Source: Chrysomallon squamiferum
Taxonomy: Eukaryota; Animalia; Mollusca
Reading direction: 5' to 3'
Assembly (NCBI GenBank): GCA_012295275.1
Contig: CM022675.1
Coordinates: 12,028,001 to 12,092,000 of the forward strand
Length of the DNA: 64,000 nucleotides
Part shown: positions 1 to 23,860 of the stretch, one piece after another
Numbering within the stretch: the first letter of the stretch is position 1
Layout: each line of letters begins with the position of its first letter
Notes under the pieces: generated by a model
The model's input: only the letters and a program-made list of their open reading frames with translations
Database searches by the model: none
What the model was told of the DNA's origin: nothing
Position numbers and translations under genes: made by a program

Positions 1-1491
1 CTATAAAAAGATATAATTAACAATATCAAATCTGACATCTAAAATAATGTAATTAAATTGTAAAACAAACAGACAGCCATCTTAATTCTTATAATGGTAA
101 CTTAAATATCACATTATACAAAATTTAAAATCGGCCATCTTGAAATTATATATTCCATTCTGAAATAATACACCAGCATTATAAAACCAAAACATTAAGC
201 CATAATGGCTCTGATATTTAAAATAATACATTAACATTATAAAAGCAAAAGAGACAATCATCTTGATTTTTATACCTGGTAAATATACAAATATATTTTA
301 AAAATTGGCCATCTTGGAATCAGCCATAGAGCAAAAATAATAAGATAACATTAAAAACAACAAAGTGATTCTTGTTAATGTTAACCTAAATATATGAATT
401 ATAAAATCAGCCATCTTGAAACATGACATATGCTGCTAATATAACATAATTCACACAAAACCTCTACATTCAGACATATTGAAATGTTTTTTCTCATGAC
501 TTTAAGTATGTTATTAATGAAAGAAATGCATAAAACTGACAGAAACAGATGTTCTTAGTATGTATGTAGTAAGATAAACCAAAAAGCACTCTGTATGTCT
601 CACCTGAACTAAAATATTTACATTTTATATCTTTCCATAAACAGATATTTTTACATTATGTTTTTTTATCACATTGATTTTTTTCAAGTGTGAGTTTTTT
701 GGAAATGGCAAATGCTTACATCTATATAGTTATACTGAGTTAGTTTTATTTAGATTTAATATGTACATGTTACAGCTTTTGTTGAAAATTTTTCATCTAA
801 ACAATTCTTTGGATTATTTATGGCCTATAACCAAGGATTTCAGATTTTGATCTTGACTTATATATGAATTATATATAACAGGCCTACCTACGCAGTATAC
901 ATATACACTTAAACACATGAAATATATATCATATACAAAAATGTACACAAATATATAAACAAACCGAAAGTTACAACTTGTAAACATAATTATTTATAAA
1001 CATGAATATACTTTGTTATGTAACCACTGTTAACAGAAATGTTACTACAAATAAGATTTAGAAGTAAATATAGATGTACGTATGTGTGTCTGTACAAACA
1101 CACGTATCAGAACTTATTAATTCTTTTATATTTAAAATGCATAAATCATTATCGTCTTTGTATGATGAACGACAAAAATACCAAATTCCTTGACAAGCAA
1201 GATATATTTTCAGAATTCAGGTGAGCTGTAAGAGACATAGAAGATGTAAAGTTTGTCCATGTGTCTGTGTTAATCAGGGTTTTATCAAATGCTTTCCAAG
1301 CAAATGATAAGAATATATTTTTTTCCACCCCAACTTTCAAGTCTTTTATAAGAAATATTGTCAGATACAAATATATAAAAAATTTCACAGACCACACACT
1401 ACTAGCTAACATCAAAACTCAATAACAAAAATGGCACAATTGAAAAAAAAAAATGTTTTAGAAATTTTTCAAAATGGCAACTGTCCGTCAT

Positions 1492-10390
<8,899 letters not shown>

Positions 10391-11328
10391 CTTGAAGGAC
10401 GGAATGTGTTAATGGTAAAGCCTGCAATTATAAATAAATAAATAAATAAATAAATAAATGTAAAAAAGAAAGAAAGAAAGAAAGAAAACAAAGAAACAAA
10501 CGAAAGAAAGAAAACAAAGAAACAAACGAAAGCAAGAAAACAGAAATACTTGCTATTTAGACCGACAGATATACTTGCTATTTAGACCAGATAAATGCAG
10601 TTAATGCGTATTTTCTTTTCGCTGTCTCTCTCTCTCTGTGTCTCTGTTTATCACCCTCTGTCGTAAACTGTTTTGCCTCAAGGTTTAAGTTCCACGCCCT
10701 GACTTAAACCAAAACACAAACTTCTACGACAAACATGGTCATTACAAGACATTCACTCCGTATTAAAAGTACAGTTGTCTGGTTACGCTGTTGGTGCTCT
10801 TTTAAGAAAATAATTACGAAAAGAAAGCCGTGTGCTCTTTTTGCGACACACTCAAGGTCAAGGAGACACATAATTTACAACATTTGTACATTTAGGTTAC
10901 ACGTTTCGATGATTTCAGCGAACAGAGTCAACAAAACGATACTTATACTTGATCTGCACGAAATGTCAACAACATGCATCTTCGAGTTTCTCCAACCTCT
11001 TGATCCGCTGCAAGGGAGACAGCAGATGAAGTTGCAAGATGTTCATGCTCGTATCGGTGGCTCCATATTGTTTTTTTCTAGTTCAAGGTTACAGGCGACA
11101 TGTAGATACTGTCTCAGCGGGTTGAGTGCCCGACTGAGAAGTGACAGCAGCCGGTATCAAGTCTCGGTAAATACCCTTTTGTTCTCTGACCTTCACCGAG
11201 GCGTGTTTATTTATCAGAACAGTTACTGTTACTGTCTCTGAGAAGGCGCATATGAAAGATACTATGCTGCTGATCAGTAACAATAGACCATGGGCTGGTG
11301 AAAGCGGGTTTCTTCACTCAAGATAAAG

Positions 11329-11376
<48 letters not shown>

Positions 11377-12195
11377 GTTGCATAATCGTTAACTTTAAAA
11401 TCTGCGTAGATATTGTTAAACAGGTATTTATTCAAGCACCTGTTAGTCATAAGTTCCCACGCTTCCTTCTCTCTTATTAACCCTTTAACATACCAACTGT
11501 TTAGAGAACACGGTTATCTGTATTTTGTGTCCACAAAAGTCGTACATGAACATTCAGTAAAACTAAATATATAACCCTATACATTATTCACTGAAGCCAA
11601 ACAAAAATTTAAAACTATTTACATTAAATCTGTATAAATACTCAACAGAGACATATAGAAAAATGTTAAAGGACGATAAATAAAAATTTAAAAAAAAATT
11701 AAAAAAACGGACGCTGTTGACCTTTTTTTCTCGTATTTAAATGTCAGACTACAGGAACGAAACACTAGAGACAGAACACCTTGACCTAAACTGATATCAC
11801 TATCACTGTCAGACAGGAAACCAAAGTTTACACAACGTTTAATAGTCGTACATGTCTTTTTTCTTTTACTTCTTCTACTTCTTTTTATTTTCTTTTATTT
11901 ATTTATTTTTTGTATTTCTACTTTTTTTTTCTGTTTTGTTTTGCTTTGTCTCTTTCTTTTTTTTTATCATTATTACTTATATTTCTTTCTTTTCCATTTT
12001 TTAAAATTATTTCTTCTCATATTTTATTTTCGTTTATTTATTTATTTATTTATTTTTTAATCTTAGTCAGCTTAAACTACTCGGTTGCAGAAAACTGGAA
12101 AGAAAGTGAAGTTCGATATATCGAATATTAATTCTTCGAACTAACAGATCGATAAAATTATCAATTTAATATTTAATTATTTATTTATTTATTAT

Positions 12196-12235
<40 letters not shown>

Positions 12236-12551
12236 GCTGATGTTGCTGCTGTTGTTACTGCTGTTGTTGTAGTAGTAAGAGCAATAATAATAGTAGTAGA
12301 AGTAAAAAGAGCAATGGCAGTACTCATGTCATTTTGGAAGAAGCAGTACAAGCAGTAATAGTAACAGTAGTTGAAGTAGTAGCAGGGTTGTTGTTGATGC
12401 TGGTAGTGATGTTAGTGTTGTTGTTGTTGTAGGAATAGTAGTATTGATATATGATGTTGTAATAGTAGTGATAGTAATAGTAATCATGGTAATAGTAGTA
12501 ACTGTAGTAAACGTAGTCGGATGTAAAAGTATAATGTTAATTAAGGCATCA

Positions 12552-12631
<80 letters not shown>

Positions 12632-13098
12632 CTGCAGCTTATGTTAACATCAAAGCATACTTACATAATTAATTTACTACATTCATATCACTCACGATCA
12701 GAAGTCGAAACAAAACAAATAGGATTTCAGACATTCACTGGCAAAAGTACAACCAACACGAATGCTGAACTAACGTAACCTTTTCACACTAACAATTTTT
12801 GTTTCGTGTATTATTCCACCGCGTCGACATGGGCACGTTTATTATTCATGCTATATTTTCTCCGAGGAGAGAACGAGTTCTGGTATTGTTAGTTATAGCA
12901 AATAAGCTACATTCTGTAAAACGCTTTCTTCCAATACGGTCCAGAAATAGCTCCACTAATCGCAAGAAAACGTCAAAGATAATATAGCTCTTTCATAATC
13001 TTTAGACCTGTTGTTGAGAATAGGTTACTTACGATAATAGAGCGTCCGAGAGTAGTGTTATTCGGTTTCACATACTTCTGTTAAAAAATGCAAGGACG

Positions 13099-13139
<41 letters not shown>

Positions 13140-13432
13140 CAATATATATAAATATATTAAAATAACTTGAACAGTATGGATGCTATACGTAAAAATTCCT
13201 ATTTGAATGGACAGATAGATATTCGTATTATATTCTTTATCTGCCATTTTCCATGAATGCTGCAGTAACAGGTTTTCTTAATAACAATAATATTATGAGT
13301 ACAGCTGGAAGACATTTCAGAAGCGGTTTAAGACAGTTACATGTAAAGTAATGCTAAAATGGCAGCGGTGCGTAATTTAAAAGGTGTAATAAGCGACGAC
13401 AGAATATTGATATTGCTGAAGGACAAGATGTA

Positions 13433-13479
<47 letters not shown>

Positions 13480-14916
13480 TACAAATTCAAAATAGGTAAT
13501 TTATAGATAAATAAATCAATATATTAAGAAATATAGATAAATAGGTTAATATATAATTAAAGAGATAAATCGGGCTTATAAGTACTGTAATTATTAGAGG
13601 CCTTCTGAACTAAAAGCTAGAAAAAAAAAAAATAGAATAAATAACGTAAAATACACTAAATACATAAATAATAAATAAATAATAAAAAATACAACAAATA
13701 ATGATTTCTTCGCATGTGTCAACATGTCCTTGTCTGACAACGTATTTCGTATATATTACAGAAAAAAGAAAGAAAGAATTTATCGATTTCTGACTAATAA
13801 ACCGCGTATTCGATTTGACCTCTACCAGCCAGGTCACCTTTTCACCTTGGAGCTCGCGAGCTGGCAAGGTCGTATGACGTAGTCAGTCTGCTCCAAGGCT
13901 GGTGTTAACGACTGGCGCTTAAAAGATTTACACTGGTGCTTTCGAATAACACGGGGGAAAAAACGTAAACAGGTACACAAAAGCAGACGAACATCATTCT
14001 TTCTGGGTTTTTTTCGGAAGAAAAATATCTCAGTTGGGTTTACAAAATTTGTTATATTGTATATATTATTATGATAATTTTCTCAGCGGGATTTCGCGTT
14101 TCGTAAGACATAAATATTATGAACCACCTTGCCTTCTTTCTTCTTTTTTTTTTTTGCTTTCTTGCTGTTTTGCTTTTTTCAACAAGGTCAACTGAAGGTG
14201 TAAGGGTACGATATTACAAATCGCGCTTAGCGAAGCTTGTAAAAATAACCAAGTAAACGAATATATAAAATAAAAAATATAAATACATAAATAAAACATC
14301 CATTAATAACAATATTAATAAAATTACAACAAAAATGCATCGTCATCCTAGTTGAGAGATATTAATGAAAAAATCTGCAAACATTTTTGTAGATGTATAT
14401 ATGTACGAACACACACACACACACACACATACATATATAGGGCCTATATAAGTATATATATACATACACGCATGTATGTATTTATGTCTGAATGTATGCA
14501 CGTGTGTTTGTGTGTGTGTGTGTAAACAAATGACACACACAGAAAATTGATGATAGACACGTACATCTACTTCACCCACTTTTCGCCTAGATTTGTTCTT
14601 GACATCGCTTCACAATAATTATGCATTGTGTGTGGGTGATGTTTATTTTGCATAGAAAAAGAGCAATTGTGAAACGACTTCTGTGAGCACCAGACACGCA
14701 ACTGCAGAAACTTTATCTCAAATGTATAGATTGGTTTTGTATATAATAAAGCATGCTGTCTAAACACAAGATGTACCCTAAGGCTGTAAGGTGCATGGCA
14801 TACAAATATTTTGTACCACAGAATACCATGTGCCACTTCCATTTTTGTTTTACTCCGAGGCAAACTTAAAAACGTAAAATTAAACTTTTATACCGAGACA
14901 GTGACTGAGATCGGGA

Positions 14917-14993
<77 letters not shown>

Positions 14994-15538
14994 TGTGTTT
15001 TTTGTATGTACGTGTTCTAGAGCATGTGTCTGCTAACTTCATTGTGCTTAATCGATAATTTAAAAAGACAAAACGCCTTATAGAAACACTGACAAACTTA
15101 GACATTCAGAGAGAACAATTATAACACAAAAAAATTACAGGACAGAAAACCAGAGAAAAGAAAAAAAAACCGTCACAACAACAGAACCGTCGTACAAACT
15201 ATTATTTTTCTTTTCTTTGCAGCAGAATAAAATTACTATAACAGTCTCCACAGTACAGCTTTTCACGCCACCACTGTGAACATTCGGACACATTACAATG
15301 TTATTAGCTTTCAGTCTATTTTCTTGGCACGATTATATATTGATTTGATACAGAATGATCCTACAATTTTGTAAGGCTGTTACTGACCGAGTCACCACAG
15401 AAGTCGGTGATCTGTTTGTAAGCTAAATCTCAAATGAACAAAAAGATTGTAGGATCTAGGAGAGATAAGTATATCACCCACCTTCCAAAACCACGTATTT
15501 ATTATTATAACTCTACAACTATTATTATTATTATTTTA

Positions 15539-15606
<68 letters not shown>

Positions 15607-16002
15607 TTTTATTATTTTTTTTTTTTTTTATTATTATTATACATCCAACATATATTATATCATTCCAGTAAAACTTAGCTAATCTTAAATATTGGGTCCA
15701 ACCAAATGACGATACCCCATCTATATTTATTTGTATGCAGCAATAGTTATCCATTATAACATATATGTATATACATATATACATACGTATATATATATAT
15801 ATAAATAGATAGACTGATAAGGTTATTTAAAAACCACTTTGTACCAAAATTCCGTGCTATGCTTTTTATCATTAGTTCATTCTTTGCACCAGTGTATATC
15901 ATTACATATGAATTTTTTTTTTATTTTGATTATAAAACACCTTTATGAAGTCAAACTGTAGAAAAAACATATCACGTTTTTCTTTTCTTTCTTTTTGCCT
16001 TT

Positions 16003-16034
<32 letters not shown>

Positions 16035-16920
16035 CTTTCTTTCTTTCTTCTTTCTTTACCTTTTTTTTTTTTTTTTTTTTTTTTTTATGTCTGCATGCAC
16101 CACTAAATGACAGTAAATCACAGGGTTTTCAAGTGTGATATTTTCTTGCTGGATTAGTCAGAGTCTATTCAACAGATATTTAGTCTGGTTAACACCGCAG
16201 TTCTTACCTGTACGGAGAGACTGAATGCAAAAACACCCTGACCCTGAAAAATCACGGAGGAAACAAAACAGAGAACAGCTTAATTTCTGAACTCATTCGT
16301 TTCCTTGGAAATAAAATAACAAAATTTAAATAAAATATAATAAAATCCTTGTTGATTAGTGTGTCTTTCTGTATTACTACCTATGTGTCTGCTTGTCTGT
16401 GTTTCCGTCTGTCACTCTGTGTGTGTGTGTGTGTGTGAATTTAGATATGTATGTATGTACATAAGTATGTATGCACGTATGTAGGTATGTGTATATATCT
16501 ATGTATATTTATATTCTCTAAATTTTTGTTCGCAATTATTTTATTATCAAACTATTATTTGTAAACATAAAACAAAACAAAACAAAACAAACAAACAAAC
16601 AAACAAACAAACAGTCCGTTTTTGTCCACCGTTGTAGTTTTAACGAATTGTATAATGCGAAAACAAAAATATGACAAAAGACATTTGCAAATAAGATTGT
16701 TTCCAGCGATATTCTCGTCAGACTTCGGATTTCTAGCGATTAGAAGCCGTACGTTCGAGTCTCGTCAGCGGCATATGACTTTACGTGTTGAAATGCATAC
16801 ATCCATATAAAACTCATACCCACTTACACATGCATATAATTATATACTGTACATTTATGAATATAGAGACATAAACACATGCCCACACAAACCTCGGTAA
16901 AATCTTATATTAAATCGAAA

Positions 16921-17066
16921 CAGACCCAGATAAATATTAAATCCACAAATACAGACACCAATAAATATCAAATTCACAAATACAGACAACAATAAATATC
17001 AAATTCACAAATACAGACATCAATAAATATCAAATTCACAAATACAGACACCAATAAATATCAATT
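16921..17066 (+). repeat. 31-bp minisatellite, ~4.7 copies
   Basis: Unit CAGACACCAATAAATATCAAATTCACAAATA repeated from 16921, 16952, 16983 onward. Confidence 0.92.
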
Positions 17067-19782
17067 TATCACAGATTTAAACATAAAAAATATTAAAATG
17101 CGCTGTACTTACTTCAGATATCAGTCTATCTTGCGACTAATTCAGACACACAGTACAGTCAGTATAAGAAAACGTTGTATGTGATACTTTACTGAGCTCA
17201 GCAGCGGACAAAGGACACTAAACTTTCCTCTGTAAGCGATTTAATTCAAAATATTCAGTTTTTTAATTTTCACAAAGAGAGGCCCCGTTAAACGCTCTAA
17301 TTCTCCTGTTTCGGATAAACAGGTTAAAACTGATGTTTCATAGTCTCTCCTTAGCGTAATGTCTTCTTCTTGTTCTCTTTTTTTTTACTTCGTCAGCAAA
17401 AACGTTATATGACAAAAGTGCAGTTAGTTTTTGTAAGAGTAATAAAGGGAGAATATCTCGTTAAAAGGTAAATTCACAAAAAAAGAAAGAAAAAGAAAAG
17501 AAAATCTATTAAAATCAATGTGTTCATGTGTAAAAATAAAATAATGAGAAAAAGATTCATGTTCGATTATTCATGTCTGTATTATTATTTTTTTCTATTT
17601 TTTACTATTTTTAATTGTTTGATGGTTGCTTGCTTATTTATTTATTTTCTTCAGTTTCTTGTTTTTTATTTTGTTTGTTTGTTTTATTTAATTTATTATT
17701 TTCCCGTTCTTTTTCGTTTTGTTTGCTTGCTTTTTTATGAATTGTTTAAAAATTGTATTTTATTTCTTCAGTTTTTTGTTTTTTTGATTTTTTTACATCT
17801 TCTTTTTTTTTTCAGTATTTAATTTATTATTTTCCCGCTTATTTTGATAATTCTTCCATTTTTTTTATATCTGACCGTAACATCACGTGAAATAACAGTC
17901 CACATTTCACGACGGTATAACCCCGTTTTTACGATCTCTTCTAATTTAGGGAAAGCACATTAAAATGTAGTTAAAAATGAACATATTAAGCAGTATCATT
18001 TTTCAGGAACGCTGGCGAAAAAAAGCTCTCACTAATGACAGAGGTCGATTACGATTTTACTCTCACTCTAAAGAGATAGCCGCTATTTATAGCTCAGTCT
18101 ATTTATAATTATGGACCGGGTTAATAGGCCGCCATCTTTGACTTATATTTTAGATCTTCAAAGGAGGTTGATAGCGTAATTAAAGAGGGAAGAACTGGGC
18201 TGGTTTAATTCGTTAGAATAATAGGGTGTGATATAAGCCCATCCCCAGATCCTTTCCTTAAAATAAAACTGACTAAGGAAGGATGTGATTGATGGGTTAG
18301 TTCTGTTGGGGCGGTGTTCCGCTGGGTTTTTTTTTTTTTTTTTTCTTGCCTAAGTTTAAAGAGGTCATGGCAATGATCATATCGTTATGTGAAAAGCGGA
18401 ATATTACTCCACATATTTTAATATTACGGTCAGATATAAAATAAATTGAAAAATTATTAAAATAATGAAACGATAGAAACAACAACAACAGCAACAAGAA
18501 GGCAAAAAGAAGACGAAGAAAACCAAACGAAAGAATTATATAAACTGGAGAAAATTTAAAAAACAAAATGATATACGTTGGCTGTTTTCCAGTCCTGTTA
18601 TGAATTAAGAAAGAAAATACAGATAAACGAGCAGAAAAAATTATAAAATAAAAAAAACGAATAAAAAGATGCCAAGAACAAAAACATGATATTGAGTAAC
18701 GAACAACCAAACAAAGAATAAACCAAAAAATAAACCAACAAAGATTAAACCAAAAAATAAAACAATCAACAAATATGAATAAATAAATAAATAAAATAAA
18801 CAAACAACAAATAAATCATTATAACAATAATAATACAACCTGACTTAATTATGTTCTTTTGTCTTTTCTTTTTCTTTCTTCTTTCTTTTCTTTTTCTTTT
18901 CTTTTTGTCTTTTTCAATGTCAGATTCTCTGTTTATTAAACACAAAATTAAATGCATTCTGATCACATAAGCGTTTCTCTGACGAAATAAATAAATAAAT
19001 AAATAATAATAAACAGAACAATAAATTTTAAGCCCGTCTTTTCAAATTAAATTTTTAATATTTTGAATAAAATCGCTTATTGAAGATATTAATTCGACAC
19101 TGTGCTGATTAATGAGCGATTTCGTTTCAATTTTGTTACTTTATTTCCAAGGAAACAAATGGATTCAGACATTAAACTCTTTTTGTTGTTCCTTCCGTGA
19201 TTTTTTTAGGACCTTCTATGCCTCTTATATAAATACATACACAACATTCGTCACAAGAAGGGAAACGTTTTCCATTTATCTCTTTACAAATGGAGAGATT
19301 TGAACACGCGGCTTCTGCCGGCTGGAAACCCAGAGTCTGATAATTATAGCCCTGTTTTCGTACGTCCTCTGTCAGACTTTTCTTTTCGCTTTATACAGTT
19401 TGTGTAATTATAACCAACCTTGACCGTAAGTGAGTGATTCTTGTACAAGAGTCGTTAAATATATCAGTTAATATTTGTGGAGTAACGTTCTTCATTATTT
19501 GCAAGGGAATTTGTCGAAAATCGAGACTTGAGCGTCATTATATTATTCCTGGTATTAATCTGAGAACCTTTACAGACTTTACAGACATTATGCCGCGATT
19601 CAGAATCTGAAAATACGGCGTCGGTTCTATAGTCTGTATGTCAGACATCTACACATTCCGAATTAGTTACTCTAAATAGAAGACGTGGCTATGAATATTA
19701 GTTTCGTGTATGATAAAATTATTGCGAAAAGATTAAGGAGAATATATACGGTACATACCTACATGCATATAAGCAGAGAGAG

Positions 19783-19859
<77 letters not shown>

Positions 19860-20504
19860 ACGATCAAGACATTTACAGTACAACATATAGGACAACAAAT
19901 AAAATAAACATTACTAATATTTACTCATATCTGGAATTAATAGCCACACCGACACGTTATCGAAACAGGTATATGCAACAGCTACTTGTAAACAACACTA
20001 TATGTTACAGGCCCTATTTCTCTATACGCTGTCGTTGTTCGATTTACGAGAAAGAAATTGCTGTCGTTGTCGTTGACTGCAAATCCTTCCTATTAACGTT
20101 CGATCAAAGCACTCCATTGAAATGACGTCATGCGTAAAATTTGTCAATACAACACTTCAGTTTCACCGAAAGAGCGACACTTGCATGTCACGTGAAAGTG
20201 GTTTAATTAAAAAGGCAACACCCAGGGATATCGTGTCAGCGGTGAGCTGTATTACACACTGTATATCTTATTATTATTATTATCATTTAAATAATCTGCT
20301 TTTAAATTTATTGGACAATTACGTCAGGGGCGGATCCAAAGTTTCGAAAAAAGGGGGTGACGTCATCACTGTTAAGGGAATGAAGTAATGTCTTATTTAC
20401 CGACGCAATAAAAGCACGTTATTATTATTATTAATAATATTATTTATTTATTTATTTATTTATTTATTATTTTTTTTAACGCTGAAATATTTTCATAGAG
20501 AAAA

Positions 20505-20700
20505 TGGGAAGGGAAACCTGCCGCCGCCAGATTATGGGTTACTCTTTTTTCTGTTAGCAAAATGGGATATTTTATATGTAGCTTCTCACAGACAGGAAAA
20601 CAGATAAATAATTAGTTACGGAGCGTTGTCTCGGTCAAAAGAATTTCCCCAATAAAGGACTGAACCGCTGACATATCACATCTCAGCACTACATTTTAAC
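20505..20700 (-). mobile_element. SINE fragment, same family
   Basis: GGAAACCTGCCGCCGCCA...TGGGTTACTCTTTTT...TTAGCAAAATGGGATATTTTATATG...CACAGACAGGA matches the reverse complement of the SINE core. Confidence 0.6.
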
Positions 20701-21578
20701 TAGGCAGCCAAATTTAATAATTAAATATGTTTTATTATAACTGAAAAATAATAGATAAAAAATAAAAATAAAGAACATGAAATCTGTACATTTTGATTGA
20801 AGATTAATTACTTAATTAATTTTGTTACTTATTAAAAAAAAAAAAAAATTATGTTAATAATCTAATAAAAAAAACAAATAAATTAGAAAATAATTAATGT
20901 TTATTATATTATTATGCATTTAAAAAATAACATAATTAAAGAATGCTTAAAAAAAAAAAAAAATAAAAAAAAATGTTAAAAAATTTATAATTTAATCAGC
21001 AGCGAAAATAAAAACAGAACATCTGTTGCACACTCTACGTATAACAACTAACTGTTAACTGCTTCATGTGTTTTCATTTGTTAATATTATTCCACGCTGT
21101 AATTCTAGAGCGTAGGAGAATAAAATCATTATAGTTATCATTGCAATGATGCCAGCTATCATGATTTAATTATATCCCGTCTCTTCTCCTGCTGTTGTTA
21201 GAGCAACTGAAGCTATCATTAGCTGCAGTGGGTAGAAATGGTTAGGCATGGCAGAAAGCGGGATCGATTCTTCTTAGTTCGTCCTGGGGTGTTGCATTTT
21301 TTGTTCCATGGTTTAGCGTGTGAAGCTGTGGTATGACAGAATGCTGGATCGATTCTGATGGAAGGATCTGTGATTAAAGTGGGTGATTAAAGGGTAAGGC
21401 TGAGGTATAAAGAGGTCAGTGGATCTATTTTGAACACGTTAATGTCATTTTTCCCGTTCAAACAGTATCTGATGATTAGTTTATCAAAGGAAAAGATAAA
21501 TGGTTTTTTTTAATTATGAGAAAATGCATTAAAAAGAGATATTGCTTTCAAATGATAAAAATAACATTTTTGTGGTGT

Positions 21579-21690
<112 letters not shown>

Positions 21691-21965
21691 TATATATCTA
21701 TATTTTTTAAAAATTACATGTACATTTACTGTGTCAACCCCCCTTTTTGACATCCTCGCTCCCCCCTAACTGTTAATGCCATGGAGAGAGAAAAAACAAA
21801 TTAGAAAATTTAATGATGTAACCATACTCTTGCAGTTTATGTCGATACTAACCATAAATTCCTACAAAACTATTAAACATCAATTAGCGTTAACACATTA
21901 ATAAGGATGTCGTTTTTTCTTCTTCTTCTTACTTCTTCTTTTTCTTCTCTATTTCTTCTCTATTT

Positions 21966-21998
<33 letters not shown>

Positions 21999-22384
21999 GA
22001 TCGAGTTTCACCTCACCTTACGCAAATATAAAATAAATGTACACTTTTAAAAATAAACGCTGTAAATCACTGTATTACTTAGCGTTAGTTATTCCTGCTT
22101 ATATCTGTTTATGATCGAAGTAAACTCTCCTTGCCTTGGTTTAATACTGTGCCAAAAAAAGAAAAAAATATGAAAAAGAAAAAAGAAAAAATTAAAAAAG
22201 AAAATCGCCATTTATATTCACTGTTGTTGGTTTTCTAAGGAAAGATGTAAACGTTTTATGAAATATCGACCTGGTCACAATTTTAATTATAAAGTTTAAA
22301 TACCGTAATTATATAATACGGTGGAGGTCTACTGTAAGAACGGAAACCCGATTTAGACATAAGCTGCACTTTTCAATCAACTGC

Positions 22385-22560
22385 AAAGGAATTTTTTTTA
22401 TACATACCCTAATTTTACAAACAGATAGAAAAAAAAATACATCACAGTATCCCTCACACTAGAAGCCGAGCACTGGCTGAAACGGGAAATTTCTCGGCAA
22501 ATCCGACAACTGAGAATCGATCCTAACTCAGTCAGAAATCAGGCGAACAGTCTATTCCCG
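22385..22560 (-). mobile_element. Degenerate SINE fragment
   Basis: GAGCACTGGCTGAAACGGGAAAT and GAATCGATCCTA match the reverse complement of the SINE 5' region. Confidence 0.45.
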
Positions 22561-23204
22561 ATCTGTATGCTGTCGTATTTGTGACAGCGTTGATATAAAA
22601 AAAAAACTTCTGACAAGTCTTTTGATGGATCCTGTAAATTGGTCTGTACTATCGATCCCGTGTCGCTTAGCTCAAAGGGGGCGTCGTCGTATACGGAACT
22701 GCAATCTACACCTAATTAGAATGAAAGGTGACACCGTAGCAGCAGAGCCGAAAGGTCGTATGAGGTCGATACGATTTGTGCTGTTATCGTTTTGTTATTG
22801 CTAAAATCCGTGTTGTTGAAATTCACGAGTTTTCTATTATAAAACGTTGCATTGATGTTTTGTAACTGGGGAGTTTGCCTGCGACGTTTTAGCTTTGAAT
22901 TTATCGAACCCTGCCGTTTAACCTTTTCAAAAGACCGATGTTATTGTTGTGGTTACTTTTTCTGTTCTGAAAATTTTTATGTTTTCTGATGCAATCAAGC
23001 ACCTTTGTCCTTCGATATTTCCATCAAGGTAATTCGATCTTACGACCTGCAGCCCTTCAAGCAACAAACGTAACCACAGGAGGGTTAATTGATTATGTGA
23101 GGACAGATTTGTTAATATTTAAAAACGAATGCAATCACGCAGCGGTTGCTGTTCGTGGTGATATCGATCTTCAGAAATGTTAAAACGTCTTGTGTATGTA
23201 TAAA

Positions 23205-23503
23205 CGAGAACGTAGTGCAATGGTAGAACGCCAGTACATAGGTCGCAGGATCAATCATTCGTGCTGCCTTCATTGACCTATATCTCGTTCCAGGCGGTTG
23301 GTATAAGAAAGGCTGCAGTATGCACATTGCTGTGTATGGGATGGTGCATAGTAGGAATTCCTTACTGCTAAGTGCAAAAGAATAACCTTTGAACTGATGG
23401 CCCATCCCGTCATCTCAGAGGTCTTTAACTTGACGCGACTTGTGTCACGTGACAGTAAATAAAATGTGTCGAGTGAGTAGTTAAATAGAACATTTCCTTC
23501 CTC
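23205..23503 (+). mobile_element. tRNA-derived SINE (Nin-domain-like), degenerate near-full-length copy
   Basis: tRNA-like head (CGTAGTGCAATGGTAGAACG...GGATCAATC), core TGTATGGGATGGTGCATA...CCTTACTGCTAA, tail TAAATAAAATGTGTCGAGTG...GTTAAATAGAACATTTCCTTCC. It resembles mollusc Nin-SINEs from memory, and related fragments occur elsewhere in the window. Confidence 0.7.
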
Positions 23504-23703
23504 CTGCCTTGGTTACAAGAACAATTCGATTTGCTCTCATTTCAGAAACGACCGGCACGGAAAAAAAAGAAAAAAAAAAAAGATTATATTTAAATTAACG
23601 ATTCACCCAAAACCACTTTTAATCTGCTGTTACATAAAGTCTTATGCTTAAAGACCACACATAGATAATTAAAGAAGAAACCTATCGAAATGCAAATGGA
23701 TAT

Positions 23704-23860
23704 TTTTTTTTCGATTAGCAGCAAGATATCTTTTATCTGAACGTTCCCAAAGAAAAGAAACCATATCACAGTCTTTGATAAATCAGTTGCGATGCACTGG
23801 TTGAAACGTGAAATGACTGAATGAGACACCCGAGGAGGTTTGAACTTACGAACTATCACC
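23704..23860 (-). mobile_element. SINE fragment, same family, inverted
   Basis: TTTTCGATTAGCAGCAAGATATCTTTTAT...TTTGATAAATCAGTTGCGATGCACTGGTTGAAACG is the reverse complement of the SINE core and head. Confidence 0.62.

Noticed and set aside
60-430. Recurrent GCCATCTTG (YY1-like) motifs
   Set aside because: They recur at roughly 58-bp multiples downstream of the gene and are better explained as a decayed tandem repeat.
10735-11241. 168-aa plus-strand ORF
   Set aside because: No recognisable motif, antisense to the 5' intron region of SLC17-A, and its length is compatible with chance.
21215-21490. tRNA-like A/B box sequences
   Set aside because: No cloverleaf can be built; they are likely degenerate SINE heads.
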